Source: Alphaproteobacteria bacterium
GTDB taxonomy: Bacteria > Pseudomonadota > Alphaproteobacteria > SP197
Length of the DNA: 64,000 nucleotides
Reading direction: 5' to 3'
Assembly (NCBI GenBank): GCA_964291415.2
Contig: OZ219917.1
Span: forward strand, 192,001 to 256,000
The position numbers and the translations under genes are program-made. The notes under the pieces were generated by a model. The model saw only the letters and a program-made list of their open reading frames with translations. It was not told the DNA's origin and did no database searches. Below are positions 52,995-63,721 of the stretch, piece by piece (within the stretch, counting starts at the first letter, position 1; each line of letters opens with the position of its first letter).

Positions 52995-55034
52995 ATGAAT
53001 CACGAGGGGCGCGTCAGCGCAAGCAGCACATCCCAAGGAGATGTCCGCGTCATTGAGCACCAGACGTTTCGCCTTGGAGACGGCTGTGCGATCGCTGCAA
53101 AGCTCTGGCTGCCGAAAGATGCCTCCGCCGGACCGGTTCCTGCAATCCTTGAGATTCTGCCGTATCGCAAGCGCGATTCGATGTCGTTCGTCGACTCGAT
53201 GGTATACCCGTATTATGCGGCCAGGGGTTATGGGTGCATTCGCGCAGACCTCCGCGGCAGTGGCGAGTCGGAGGGCACATACAGTGACTATCTTCGTCCG
53301 TTCGAGGTCGACGACGCGCTCGAACTGATCTCGCTGATCGCGCGAGAGCCCTGGTGCGACGGATCGGTTGGCGTGACCGGGTTGTCCTGGGGTGGAATGA
53401 ACGCCCTTCGGATCGCGGCGCGTTCGCCGAAGGAAGTCAAGGCGGCGATCTCGATCTGTGCTTCCGACGACCGCTACGGCACCGACATTCACTACATGGG
53501 CGGTTGCCTGCTCCACGAGAGCCTGGCTTGGAGCACGCTACTGCAGGCGGAGTTCTGCCGTCCGCCGGATCCGGTGCTTGTTGGGGATGCTTGGCGCGAA
53601 ATGTGGCTTGAACGACTAAATCACGAGCGCCCCCCCATGGCGACATGGCTCGAGCACCAGCATCGGGACACCTACTGGACGGAAGAGATCGCAAGCGAGA
53701 ACTACAGTGGTGTCGCCTGTCCGATGCTCGTTGTCGGGGGATGGTTCGACGGCTACGTCAATACCGCGCTTCGGCTCATGGAACGACTCGACTGTACCCG
53801 TAAGGCGATTATCGGTCCGTGGCAGCACTTCGTTCCTCATTTCGATTGGGCGCGACCGGGACCGGCTATCGGCTTTCTCGAGGAATCAACCAGATGGTGG
53901 GACCGCTGGCTCAAGGGGGTCGACACCGGCGTCGAGGACGATCCGATGGTGCGAGCCTGGATCTACGACACTTTGCCCACGAAACCCTTCTACAAGGAAG
54001 CGCCGGGCCGCTGGGTCGCCGAACAGGCCTGGCCCACCGATCGTATTGCGCCGTGGATCCTCAATCTGTCCCGAGATCGCACGCTGACCGAGTGCCAGGG
54101 AGCGCCGGCCACGCACACCGTGTCGTCGCCTCAGGACACCGGCCTGCTCGGAGGGCTTTGGCTGCCCGAGCACGATGGTCCTGATCTGGGACTCGAACAA
54201 AGCGCCGACGATGGCAGGTCGCTCGCTTTCGAGTCGGCGCCACTGACCGAGGCCGTCGAGATACTCGGCACGCCCAGGGTGCGGCTCCGACTGAGTGCCG
54301 ACGTACCGCAAGCCATGATCGTAGCGCGCATCTGCGACGTGTCTCCGGACCAGGCATCGCGACGCGTGAGCTACGGTATGCTCAATCTCAGCCACAGGGG
54401 CGGCAGCGACGCGCCGGAACCGCTGGTGCCGGACAAGGACTATGTGGTCGAGCTGAGAATGAAGGATGTCGGCTACCGCTTCGCCGCGGGCCACGTCATT
54501 CGCCTGGCAATTTCGACGTCCTACTGGCCGATGGCGTGGCCAACGCCGACGTGCTTCACGCTCTCAATCAAGAACGCAGACAGCTCGGTGTCGCTGCCCG
54601 TTCGTCCGGCGGCGGGAGGCGCGCCCGGTCCGGTGTTCGGCCCGCCGGAGACGCTCACGCCGGTGCCGGTCACGACCCTCCGGGACCATGACTATACGGT
54701 CAAGGTGGTACGGGATCTCGGGAACTGCTCGACCGACGTGTACATGACCAAGGACCCGGGCGCGTATCGGCGCGACGATTTGAACCTCGTTTACGATCTG
54801 GCGGGCGAGGAGATCTATTCGATCTGTGACGACGATCCACTCTCTGCCACCGCTACGAACGCCTGGATCGGAACGATGGCGCGCGGCGACTGGCGAATCC
54901 GCGTCGAGAATTCCGCGCGCCTCACGGCTGACGATCAGCAGTTTCATCTCTCGGCGGAACTGCACGCCTATGAGGGCGATCAGGAGGTCGTCTCGAAGTC
55001 CTGGTCGGTCACGATCCCGCGAGATCATCTCTAA
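52995..55034 (+). CDS. CocE/NonD family hydrolase
   Basis: PYRKRD, DLRGSGESEG, GLSWGG and IGPWQH motifs. Confidence 0.92.
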   Translation: MNHEGRVSASSTSQGDVRVIEHQTFRLGDGCAIAAKLWLPKDASAGPVPAILEILPYRKRDSMSFVDSMVYPYYAARGYGCIRADLRGSGESEGTYSDYLRPFEVDDALELISLIAREPWCDGSVGVTGLSWGGMNALRIAARSPKEVKAAISICASDDRYGTDIHYMGGCLLHESLAWSTLLQAEFCRPPDPVLVGDAWREMWLERLNHERPPMATWLEHQHRDTYWTEEIASENYSGVACPMLVVGGWFDGYVNTALRLMERLDCTRKAIIGPWQHFVPHFDWARPGPAIGFLEESTRWWDRWLKGVDTGVEDDPMVRAWIYDTLPTKPFYKEAPGRWVAEQAWPTDRIAPWILNLSRDRTLTECQGAPATHTVSSPQDTGLLGGLWLPEHDGPDLGLEQSADDGRSLAFESAPLTEAVEILGTPRVRLRLSADVPQAMIVARICDVSPDQASRRVSYGMLNLSHRGGSDAPEPLVPDKDYVVELRMKDVGYRFAAGHVIRLAISTSYWPMAWPTPTCFTLSIKNADSSVSLPVRPAAGGAPGPVFGPPETLTPVPVTTLRDHDYTVKVVRDLGNCSTDVYMTKDPGAYRRDDLNLVYDLAGEEIYSICDDDPLSATATNAWIGTMARGDWRIRVENSARLTADDQQFHLSAELHAYEGDQEVVSKSWSVTIPRDHL

Positions 55035-55145
55035 CGCGCTGCTCTCCAGCATCACCTGTTGCGATCTCCGGGCCATAGCCAGGCAGAGATGGCTGGGCAG
55101 CGATGTGGATCTTTTTCTTAAGTCAATGAGCAGCCGGGCAGTTGA

Positions 55146-55458
55146 ATGCAGTTCGACATCAACGAGGCTTACCATCAGACAGGGCTTCCGTTTCGCGCCC
55201 GTGTCCTGGAGCGCGTACGCATTCCGATGGCTGATGGGGTGGCGCTGTCAGCCCGCATCTGGCTACCCAAAGGTGCTGATGACGCAGCCATCTCCCCAGT
55301 CGTCGAGTATCGCCCGTATCGAGGACGGGAAGGCACCGCATTTGCAGATTCTCTGACGCATGGCCATCTCGCGGACCACGGTCATGCCTGTGTCAGCGTG
55401 GACATGCGCGGCGCAGGGGATTCCGACGGGGGTCCAGCGCGACTACATCGCAACCGGT
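55146..55458 (+). pseudogene. Second CocE/NonD hydrolase, N-terminal fragment
   Basis: IPMADGVALSARIWLP...DMRGAGDSDG, cut at the start of repeat copy 2. Confidence 0.85.
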
Positions 55459-56031
55459 GAGGTCGACGGCGAGGGATCGCCCGGCGGGTTTGCCGGCCTG
55501 ACGGAGTTCTGGGATCTCCACAAGCCGGTCATCGGCGCCGTCAACGGCGTGGCCATTGGCGGCGGTTTCGAACTGGCGCTCTCCACCGACATCCTGCTCG
55601 CCGCCGATCATGCCGTGTTCTGGCTGCCCGAGATGCAGCGCGGTTTCCTGGCGAGTGCCGGCGCCATCCAGCGCCTGCCCCGGCGCATCCCCTACAACGT
55701 CGCCATGGACCTCTTCCTGACCGGACGCCACATGGATGCCGCGGAAGCGAAACACTGGGGCCTGGTGAGCGAAGTCCTGCCGGCAGAGAACCTGATGACG
55801 CGGGCCCGCGAACTGGCTGATCAACTGGGCGAGTCGGCGCCCCTGGGGCTTCAGGGTCTCAAGGCGATCATGCCGGTCTTCATGCCGCTGACCCTCGAGG
55901 ATGCCATGGAGAGGACGAAGACCGGCAACTCCGGCGTCGAGGTCTACGAGAGGATGATGCTCTCTGAGGATGCCATCGAGGCCCCCCGCGCCTTCGCCGA
56001 AAAACGCAAGCCCGAATGGAAGGGACGCTGA
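55459..56031 (+). pseudogene. 5'-truncated duplicate of the CaiD-like hydratase (within direct repeat copy 2, 55459-56171)
   Basis: ~95% identical to 45959-46531 and lacks the first ~76 codons. Confidence 0.92.
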
Positions 56032-56082
56032 TCCGGCCTTATTGCCCGGTGCGGGACTGGAGTATGGTCGCCCACCCCAAAA

Positions 56083-56171
<89 letters not shown>

Positions 56172-56312
56172 CAGCATTAGCGCACTCTCAGTGCTGAAGG
56201 AAGACCGAACTATAGGAAATACCCTCATTTTCTTCTCTTTCGATTCAACGCCTGGGCGCGGAAACATGACGTTCCCGTACCCCCCGATGCAACAGGGAAG
56301 GGAGGGAAAACC

Positions 56313-56678
56313 ATGGCGACAAACCGTCTCACGCAACATCGCGTCGACACCCTCAAACCGGGTAGCAAGATCCGTGACATCCGCGACAGGGACCTCAGGG
56401 GTTTCGGTGTCAGGATCCTGCCTTCGCGGTATCTCCTCCACAGCCAGGCCAACGGTCGACGCGTCTGGTACGCTATCGGCGACGCCGAGGATATCAGCCT
56501 AGAACACGCTCGTTCGAAGGCCAGCATCTTGCTGGCGTCGTGGCTCTACGGTGATCAAGTCGGATTCGTCGATCCAATCCTCTTCGAGACCGTTGCCGAG
56601 GAGGTCTTCCGCCGCTATGGACGCCATTGGAAATCGCGCATACTCAATTTCTTAAGTCGTCCCACTAGGCTCGCATAG
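56313..56678 (+). pseudogene. Tyrosine integrase N-terminal arm-binding (DUF4102) fragment
   Basis: LTQHRVDTLKP..IRDRDLRGFGVRILPS...IGDAEDISLEHAR. No catalytic domain. Confidence 0.82.
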
Positions 56679-56728
56679 CGATCGAAACTCCTCTATGGTT
56701 TGGCGCCATTCGGGCGGGGAGAGAGTCG

Positions 56729-58396
56729 ATGGGCCGACCGGCAGCCGAGTATCTCGCCGAGGCGCTACACGTTTACGGGGTGACCCACGTTTTCTTCGTG
56801 GAGGCGATCCTTCGGCGCACCCTGATGCATCTGGAGAAGCACGGCGTGCACCGCATTCTGGCGCATAGCGAGAAGGCGGCGGCGTACATGGCGGACGGCT
56901 ACGCTCGCGCGTCCGGCAAGGCCGGAGTCTGCATGGCGCAGTCGGTGGGGGCGGCGAACCTCGCGGCGGGCTTGCAGGACGCCTATCTCAACCGTACACC
57001 GGTGGTCGCTTTCACCGGCCACAAGGCGATTCCGCAGCTCCACCAAAACGCCTATCAGGAAATCGAGCACGCGGGGTTGTTTCAGTCGGTGACTCAATTC
57101 TCGGCCAAGGTAGAGGCGGCGGACCAGCTGCCGTTGCTGCTGAGGCAGGCGTTTCGCGAGGCGACCGGGCCGACGCCGCGACCGGCGCACCTCGATCTCG
57201 CTGGTATGGCGGCGCAAATCGTCGAGGACGGCGAACTCGACTGCCCGGTGCAAGTGGATTCCCGGCACGCAAGGGCGCCGGCCTATCGGGCCGCGCCCGA
57301 CCCCGCCGATGTCGGGGCGGCAGCCGAGGCGATTAATGCTGCCGCCCGACCGGTCGCCATACTCGGGGGAGGCGCGACGCTCGCCGGTGCCGGCGCGGAG
57401 GCCCGTGCGCTCGCCGCGCGCGGCATTCCTGTTGCCTACGCGTTGGACGGCAAGGGCCTGGTCGCCGATGACGGCGATGGCACCATTGGTGTAGTTGGCA
57501 ACTACTCGGCGCCTTACGCGAACCGCATAATCCACGAGGCGGACCTGGTCATCTACGTCGGTTGCGATACCAGCGACATGAGCACCGGCTCCTGGCGCGT
57601 GCCCGAGCCGGGCACGCCCATTGTGCACATCGATGCAGACTCCGCCGAGCTGGGCCGGAGCTACCCCGGCACCCTCGGTATCTATGGCGACGCCCGCCTC
57701 GCGCTCGGTGCGTTGGTAGAGCGTCTACAGGGGCGCACCGACCGAAGCTGGACAGCTCATGGGAGTGAGTTGCGCCGGGCATGGCGCGCGGAGGTTGAGC
57801 CGCGTTCGAACGCACTCACCAAACCGATTGCGGTCGAGCGACTGTGTCGCGAGTTGACCCGAATCCTGCCCGAGAATGCGATGCTGGTGGCAGACACCGG
57901 TTACAGCGCGGTCTGGACCGGCACCCTGATCGATTTGAATCACGAGTCGCAGGGCTTCATGCGGGCCGCGGGCTCGCTCGGCTGGTCGTTTCCGGCGGCC
58001 ATTGGCGCGCAGTGCGCATTACCGGATCGGCCGGTGGTGTGCTTCTGCGGAGACGGCGGTTTCTACTACCATCTTTCCGAGCTCGAGACGGCGCGGCGCT
58101 GGCGGATCCCGGTCACTGTGATCATCAACAACAACTCGGCCTTCGGCCAGGACATCGAAGGTGTGCGCAAAGTCTACGGCGGCGACAACGGTCGCGCCCG
58201 GGACCTGACTCACTTCGAACCCGTCAGCTTTGCGGCCGTGGCAGAATCGTTCGGTTGCCGCGGCATCCGCGTCGAGGACCCGGCCGACATCGCCGATGCC
58301 ATCAGGAACGCCATCGCATCGAGCGAACCCACTGTCGTCGATGTCGTGACCGATGCGGAGCTGCGGGCGCCGGCTGCCTGGGTTCCCGATGCTTGA
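56729..58396 (+). CDS. Thiamine pyrophosphate-binding enzyme (acetolactate synthase-like)
   Basis: EKAAAYMADGYAR and GDGG...NN TPP motif. Confidence 0.92.
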   Translation: MGRPAAEYLAEALHVYGVTHVFFVEAILRRTLMHLEKHGVHRILAHSEKAAAYMADGYARASGKAGVCMAQSVGAANLAAGLQDAYLNRTPVVAFTGHKAIPQLHQNAYQEIEHAGLFQSVTQFSAKVEAADQLPLLLRQAFREATGPTPRPAHLDLAGMAAQIVEDGELDCPVQVDSRHARAPAYRAAPDPADVGAAAEAINAAARPVAILGGGATLAGAGAEARALAARGIPVAYALDGKGLVADDGDGTIGVVGNYSAPYANRIIHEADLVIYVGCDTSDMSTGSWRVPEPGTPIVHIDADSAELGRSYPGTLGIYGDARLALGALVERLQGRTDRSWTAHGSELRRAWRAEVEPRSNALTKPIAVERLCRELTRILPENAMLVADTGYSAVWTGTLIDLNHESQGFMRAAGSLGWSFPAAIGAQCALPDRPVVCFCGDGGFYYHLSELETARRWRIPVTVIINNNSAFGQDIEGVRKVYGGDNGRARDLTHFEPVSFAAVAESFGCRGIRVEDPADIADAIRNAIASSEPTVVDVVTDAELRAPAAWVPDA

Positions 58397-58631
58397 CAGG
58401 AGAGATGTTGTGGACGCGCGACGCTCAGGTACTCCCCGCCCGAGAGCGACGCCGGTTGCAGGCAATCGAGGAAGAGTTCGACCGCGCCTACGCGACGCGA
58501 ACCGCGACCGCGGCAGGCACAACCCTGACCGCATCCCCAACCCGTTCATCCAGCAAGGACCCGATTTGACCCGGTTGTTCCCGCTTTGGTAAGCTTTCTT
58601 AGAAACTGGGACGAAAAATTGGAATCCGGGC

Positions 58632-59468
58632 ATGGTGCCGGGGCCAGATGATCTGATTGATCTTGACCGCTACCCTGTCGACAACCTGGGGAAACCCGAG
58701 ACGGCGGCGCTTATGGCGGGCCTGCGTCGCGATCTCGACGATACGGCGCTTGCCCGGTTGCCGGGATTTCTCAAACCAGGGGCCGTTGCGGCTATGGCGG
58801 CGGAAGTTCAGGAATTGGTGCCCACCGCCCACCACCGTTCCCAACTCAGGACGCCCTACGGCTGGATGGACAACTCGGGCTTCTCCGAGGACCACCCCCG
58901 TCGTGCTCTCTTTACAAGACGGGCTGGTATCATCACCCGGGACATGTTCCCCGAGACCAGTCTCGTGCGCTCACTATACTTGTGGGAGCCGTTGACCGAG
59001 TTCGTCCGCCGCGTCCTCGATTTCGACGCGCTTTTCCGAAGCGACGATCCCTGGCTCTCGGTCGTGGTCGATGTCGAAGACGAGGGTGGCCAGTTCGGCT
59101 GGCACTTCGACACCACCGACGGTGTCGTCTCGCTGCTGCTGCAGGAGCCGGATGAGGGAGGAGGATTTGAACTCGTTCCCTACATCCGCAACGAAGATGA
59201 CGAGAACTACGAGGAGGTTGCCAGGGTCTTTGCCGGAAAATCGACCATGGTCCAGAAACCGGCGATCACTGCCGGCACATTTTTGCTGTTCCGTGGCCGG
59301 CGCTCGCTTCATCGCGTCGCTCCGGTCGGTCGGACAACGAAACCACGGTTGATCGCCCTTTTCTCCTATGACCACCGACCAGGCATGGTCTTCCCCGAGG
59401 CGACGGTGAGTTCGGCTCTTGGTACGACGTCCGAGCCTCACACGGGGAGCCCGAGCTTGGCCCGATGA
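58632..59468 (+). CDS. Fe(II)/2OG oxygenase (BesD/HalD-like fold, HxD hydroxylase type)
   Basis: GWHFD, GGGFE and FRGRRSLHRV...R motifs. Confidence 0.8.
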   Translation: MVPGPDDLIDLDRYPVDNLGKPETAALMAGLRRDLDDTALARLPGFLKPGAVAAMAAEVQELVPTAHHRSQLRTPYGWMDNSGFSEDHPRRALFTRRAGIITRDMFPETSLVRSLYLWEPLTEFVRRVLDFDALFRSDDPWLSVVVDVEDEGGQFGWHFDTTDGVVSLLLQEPDEGGGFELVPYIRNEDDENYEEVARVFAGKSTMVQKPAITAGTFLLFRGRRSLHRVAPVGRTTKPRLIALFSYDHRPGMVFPEATVSSALGTTSEPHTGSPSLAR

Positions 59469-59539
59469 TGGGTCATTGACGCTTCAGACAACACGGATCC
59501 GACGCACCAACATAATCAGAACCACGGGAGGAAGAATCC

Positions 59540-61111
59540 ATGTCAAGCAACGGACAGTCACGTCGCAGCTTCATGGAAACAATGGCGTTCGCCGGCGCCG
59601 CAGCGGTCACTGCTGCAGGGACGCCGCGAGTGGCCGACGCTCAGGAGAAGGTGTGCCGCATCCGCGCCAAGTCCGACATCCTCTCGCTCGACCCGGCGGT
59701 CAGCCATATCAATGACTTTAACGTCCGACTTGCGATCTTGAACAGCCTGATCGTGTACAAGCCCGGCAACGAATGGACCTGGATGCACGACGCTGCCGAG
59801 TACATCGAGCAGGTCGACCCGACCCACCTCGCGTTCCGCCTGAAGCCCGGCATCATGTGGACCAACGGCTACGGAGAGATGACGGCCGAGGACGTCCAAT
59901 ACTCGTACATGCGGATCGCCAACCCCGAGCTCAACGCCACCAACCGTCAGGAGTTCGAGAACTTCGAATCGATCGAGGTCAAGGACAAGTACTCGGGCGT
60001 CATCGTCACCAAGGTACCGGACCCCGACCTTTGGATGAACGCGCTGGCGAGATTCTCGGGCTCTATCGTCTGCAAGAAAGCCTGGGAGGAGCGCGGCGCC
60101 TGGACTAAGTCGCTCGGCAACGACATCCCCTGCTCGAGCGGCCCTTACAAGCTGAAGGAATGGCGCCTGCGGGACCGCGTTATCCTGGAGCGCAACGCGC
60201 TGTGGCCGGGCGAAAAACCCTATTTCGACCGCATCGAATACATCGTGATCGAGGACGCCAACGCCAGCGAGATCGCGTTCCTGGCGGGCGAACTCGACAT
60301 CACCGAGGCCTCGGTCGGCTCGGCTGTGCAGTTCATGCAAGAGCCGCCACCGAACACGGACGTCTATATCCGGCCGACCACCGGTTTCGTCTGGGCCGGC
60401 ATCAACATTCAGCACGAGCCGTTCGACGACGTCCGCGTGCGCCAAGCGATCCGCAAGGCGATCGACGTCAACCAAGTGATCGAGGCCTCCTATTTCGGCC
60501 TCACCGAGCCCTCGGTCGGCATCATCGCACCCGGTGTGCTGGGATATCGTAAGCGCAACCTGCAGCCACGCGACGTTGCTGGGGCCAAACAGCTGCTCGA
60601 GGAGGCCGGTCTCGGCAACGGCTTCCGGACCACGCTGACGACGCTCTCCAACACGACTGACCTGGCGACGAGCCAAGTCATCCAGGCCAACCTTGCCGAG
60701 GTCGGGATCGACGTAGAGATCATGCCCTACGAGGGCGGCGTCTACTGGAACCTGGGTCTCGAATCCGAGGGCGACGACTGGAAGGATCTTCAGCTCATCC
60801 TGCAGAGCTGGACGTCATCGCCGGACCCGCGGCGGGCCACTATGTGGTTTGTCTGCGACCAGGTCGGCGAGTGGAACTGGCAGCGCTGGTGCAACGAGGA
60901 GTACAGCGATCTTGAGTATCGGGCGAGCCTCGAGACCGATGTCGAAAAGCGCGGCGAGATGTACGCGCGGATGATGGACCTCATGTGGGACAGCGCGGCC
61001 TTCATAAACCTTACACATACCACAAGGGTCACTTTGGTGAGGGACACGATAGAGCCGAACATGATGCCGGACGGGCTAATCCACTTCCGCGCCCTGAAGG
61101 GCAAGGGTTAG
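59540..61111 (+). CDS. Family 5 (peptide/nickel) ABC solute-binding protein with Tat signal
   Basis: SRRSF, LDPA, MTAEDVQYS, SGPYKL and PFDDVRVRQAI motifs. Confidence 0.92.
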   Translation: MSSNGQSRRSFMETMAFAGAAAVTAAGTPRVADAQEKVCRIRAKSDILSLDPAVSHINDFNVRLAILNSLIVYKPGNEWTWMHDAAEYIEQVDPTHLAFRLKPGIMWTNGYGEMTAEDVQYSYMRIANPELNATNRQEFENFESIEVKDKYSGVIVTKVPDPDLWMNALARFSGSIVCKKAWEERGAWTKSLGNDIPCSSGPYKLKEWRLRDRVILERNALWPGEKPYFDRIEYIVIEDANASEIAFLAGELDITEASVGSAVQFMQEPPPNTDVYIRPTTGFVWAGINIQHEPFDDVRVRQAIRKAIDVNQVIEASYFGLTEPSVGIIAPGVLGYRKRNLQPRDVAGAKQLLEEAGLGNGFRTTLTTLSNTTDLATSQVIQANLAEVGIDVEIMPYEGGVYWNLGLESEGDDWKDLQLILQSWTSSPDPRRATMWFVCDQVGEWNWQRWCNEEYSDLEYRASLETDVEKRGEMYARMMDLMWDSAAFINLTHTTRVTLVRDTIEPNMMPDGLIHFRALKGKG

Positions 61112-61374
61112 TTCCTTTGCAGAGTGTGAACGGGCTGTGCCTCCCATTTGTCTCATCCGGGGTGGATCAAGAACGCCGACCGGTCCGGGCCGGTACTGGT
61201 GTTGGCACTATCTTCGCTGTGAGGCGAGCATAGTCAAATCTGGAAACGGCGCCCACAGCGGTCGGCAATCGGTCTTTGAGACCTTGCCATAGTAGGACGG
61301 ACTGATGAGGTTACGGCGACCCCGACGGCGTCAAATTCATCGCCGCAAGCCGATTGAATGATGGCCGGTGCCGG

Positions 61375-61590
61375 TCAGGCCGCCAACCGCTGGCACCGAT
61401 GATGCAGCCCGCCGACCTGTGGAAACGCGACGATCTTCTCGGCGCCAGCCGGCTGAACCGATCGTCGTTCAGGGGTATCCGTGCCCGTGCCTAGCGTCAG
61501 GCGTGTGCGGGATCGCTGGTAGTAGTCGATGTACGATAAGAGTATCGCCCTCGGATGCCGTTCGTTTGGAACGATCACGTGATCCAGAGG
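61375..61590 (-). mobile_element. rve integrase-core transposase C-terminal fragment
   Basis: LDHVIV.NERH...YIDYY..SR...VGGLHHR..RLAA. Confidence 0.78.
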
Positions 61591-61607
61591 CATCGACACG
61601 TTGACTA

Positions 61608-61815
61608 CGAGCTGTTGTCATAAGTTGGTGACGCAGGTTTCAGGCGGCGCGTTCGGTTAGCTTTTCTCCGTCCTTGAATTTGACGCCTTGAATGATGTCG
61701 GCGATCTGGTGCGAGCCGTCCAGGCGGCGCCACTTCTTGCTGGCCGACTGGCACAGCTTGAAGACCATGGTGAGCGCCGTCATGCGCAAGCTGGCTGCCC
61801 GACTCCGCTCCGTTC
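61608..61815 (-). mobile_element. IS256 transposase C-terminal fragment with right end
   Basis: TALTMVFKLCQSASKKWRRLDG...GVKFKDGE followed by acttatgacaacagctc. Confidence 0.8.
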
Positions 61816-61962
61816 CGCAGACCACCCAATCTGGCCAGGGAACCCGCAATGCACTAACGTTCAAAGTGGACCAGTCAGTGGGGGCTGGTCAGCCCCGCCC
61901 CGTCCTCTGTGACACCCCACGCTCGATTTCCTTCCGACGGACCAGGCAAGGAGGAGGCTTCC

Positions 61963-62298
61963 ATGAGCGCCGGCCGACGCATCCAGAACATCTACGAGAC
62001 GCCCTTCGAACCCTACGACATGGACGGACCACTGGAAAAGGACAAGACCTGGCTGCCGGTGAGCTGGACCAAGGAGTCGGGGCGCGGCTGCTACCTGATT
62101 CGCATGGATCCCGGATCCGAGACCATTCCCCATGAACACCGCTGCCGGGAGGAGTTCCTCATCCTGGAGGGCGAGCTCATCGAGAGCGACGGCACCGTGC
62201 TGAAGACCGGCGACATGGTGAGCTATGACAAGGGGACCTATCACAATTCGCGCACCAAGACCGGCTGTCTGCTGATCGGTTTCGACTGGCTGCCCTGA
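61963..62298 (+). CDS. Cupin domain protein (ChrR-like)
   Basis: PHEH...EEFLILEGEL and GTYHNS motifs with a strong GGAGG RBS. Confidence 0.85.
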   Translation: MSAGRRIQNIYETPFEPYDMDGPLEKDKTWLPVSWTKESGRGCYLIRMDPGSETIPHEHRCREEFLILEGELIESDGTVLKTGDMVSYDKGTYHNSRTKTGCLLIGFDWLP

Positions 62299-62392
62299 TC
62301 ACGGGCGAGAGAGGCAGGGTTCATGTCCGGAAGAGAACCATGATCAGGGCCTCATCACCGCTGAAAACCTGAACCTCGATGCGGCCGGCGCC

Positions 62393-63496
62393 TCAAGCGA
62401 AGGTCCGTATCGGATCACCCAGGATTGACATGTCCGGCTCGACGCCCAGGCCCGGTTTCTCGTTGGGTTCGAGAAAGCCGTCGACCACCTCGGGCGCCTC
62501 GTCGTCGTAGCGCATGTTGGAGAAGTAGGAGGAGACGTAGGTCGCGGCGAAGGTCGCGTCCGGTGTCGAGACCGCCATGTGCGCCTGCGCCGCCGCGGAG
62601 AGATCCGCCCCCCAGGCATCGTCCACGGTCATGAACTTGCCCGCCGCGGTGCACACATCGCGGATGAGGCGCATGCCCGTGATGCCGCCGACCCGGGTGA
62701 TCTTGCAACCGATGCCCTCGAAGCAGTTGTCGGCAAGCCCCTGCAGCAGCACATGGATGTCCGCCATGCACTCGTCGAGGATCATGGGCTGGCGCACCTG
62801 ATGGCGAATGGAGAGGCATTCGGCATAGGTGAGGCACGGCTGCTCGATGTAGAAGTCGACGTCCTCGGTCAGCCGGAGGACGCGCAGCGCCTCGTGGGTC
62901 TTCCAGGCCTTGTTGGCGTCCACCACCAGGGTTTCGCCTGGCTGGATGACGGCACCCGCCATGCGTATGCGCGCGATGTCCTGTTCGAAGCTGCTGCCGC
63001 GCCCCGCCTTGACCTGGAAGTGGGTGAAGCCCTCGGCGCGGTACTGCGAGATGCGCTGTTTCACGATCTCGGGCGGACCCATCTCGATCTCCGGATAGGC
63101 GCGGGCCTTCTCCTGCATGCGCCCGCCGATCAGATGGTAGAGAGGCCGGCCGTAGGCCTTGCCGACAATGTCCCAGCAGGCAATGTCGATGGCCGACTTC
63201 GCATAATCGCCGCCCATCAGCCACCGGTTCATCGTGGCATTGATGCGATCCGTCTGGGTCGGATCCTCTCCGATCAGCCCCGGCGCCATCTCCTCGATCG
63301 CCGCACGCACCCCCAGCGCATGTTCGGGCTGGTAGGTCGAGGCAATCGGGCAGACCTCGCCCCACCCGACGAGGTCTGAGTCCGTTTCCAGCCTTACGAT
63401 GGTGTCGTCCAGGGAGTCGTATGTCCTGTTGGGATAGCGCTTGGGCTTCTCGAGCGGAATGTCGAGCTGAAACACGTCAATTCGCGAGATCTTCAT
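62393..63496 (-). CDS. Mandelate racemase/enolase superfamily enzyme (proline-betaine epimerase-like)
   Basis: GWGEVCP, SAIDIACWD, FQVK, VDAN, EQPC and LDE motifs. Confidence 0.9.
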   Translation of the reverse strand: MKISRIDVFQLDIPLEKPKRYPNRTYDSLDDTIVRLETDSDLVGWGEVCPIASTYQPEHALGVRAAIEEMAPGLIGEDPTQTDRINATMNRWLMGGDYAKSAIDIACWDIVGKAYGRPLYHLIGGRMQEKARAYPEIEMGPPEIVKQRISQYRAEGFTHFQVKAGRGSSFEQDIARIRMAGAVIQPGETLVVDANKAWKTHEALRVLRLTEDVDFYIEQPCLTYAECLSIRHQVRQPMILDECMADIHVLLQGLADNCFEGIGCKITRVGGITGMRLIRDVCTAAGKFMTVDDAWGADLSAAAQAHMAVSTPDATFAATYVSSYFSNMRYDDEAPEVVDGFLEPNEKPGLGVEPDMSILGDPIRTFA

Positions 63497-63721
63497 CTGA
63501 CGCCTCCGTCATGCGGTCCGGACGAGCCCTGCGGCTGGTGCGCTTCCGGTTTCGCTGGCGCACCGCCGCAGGTTGGCACACACTCCTGACAAGAGCCATG
63601 GAAGGACCCGGCCCCGAGAGGGGTCCGTTCAACAACGGCGGGTATCTGTTCAACGCGGTCCATCCGCATTCCGACATCATCCGAGTGAGCAATCGGCGCC
63701 AGGCGAACAGAGGGACGCTCC

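Noticed and set aside
55360-56031. 223-aa apparently complete hydratase
   Set aside because: The N-terminus is off-frame CocE sequence, so this is a truncated duplicate.
58405-58570. Small ORF MLWTRDAQ... with GGAG RBS
   Set aside because: Only 54 aa with no recognisable family. Unsupported.
61203-61218. Sigma54-like TGGCAC-N5-TCGC motif
   Set aside because: The match is imperfect and only IS debris lies immediately downstream.
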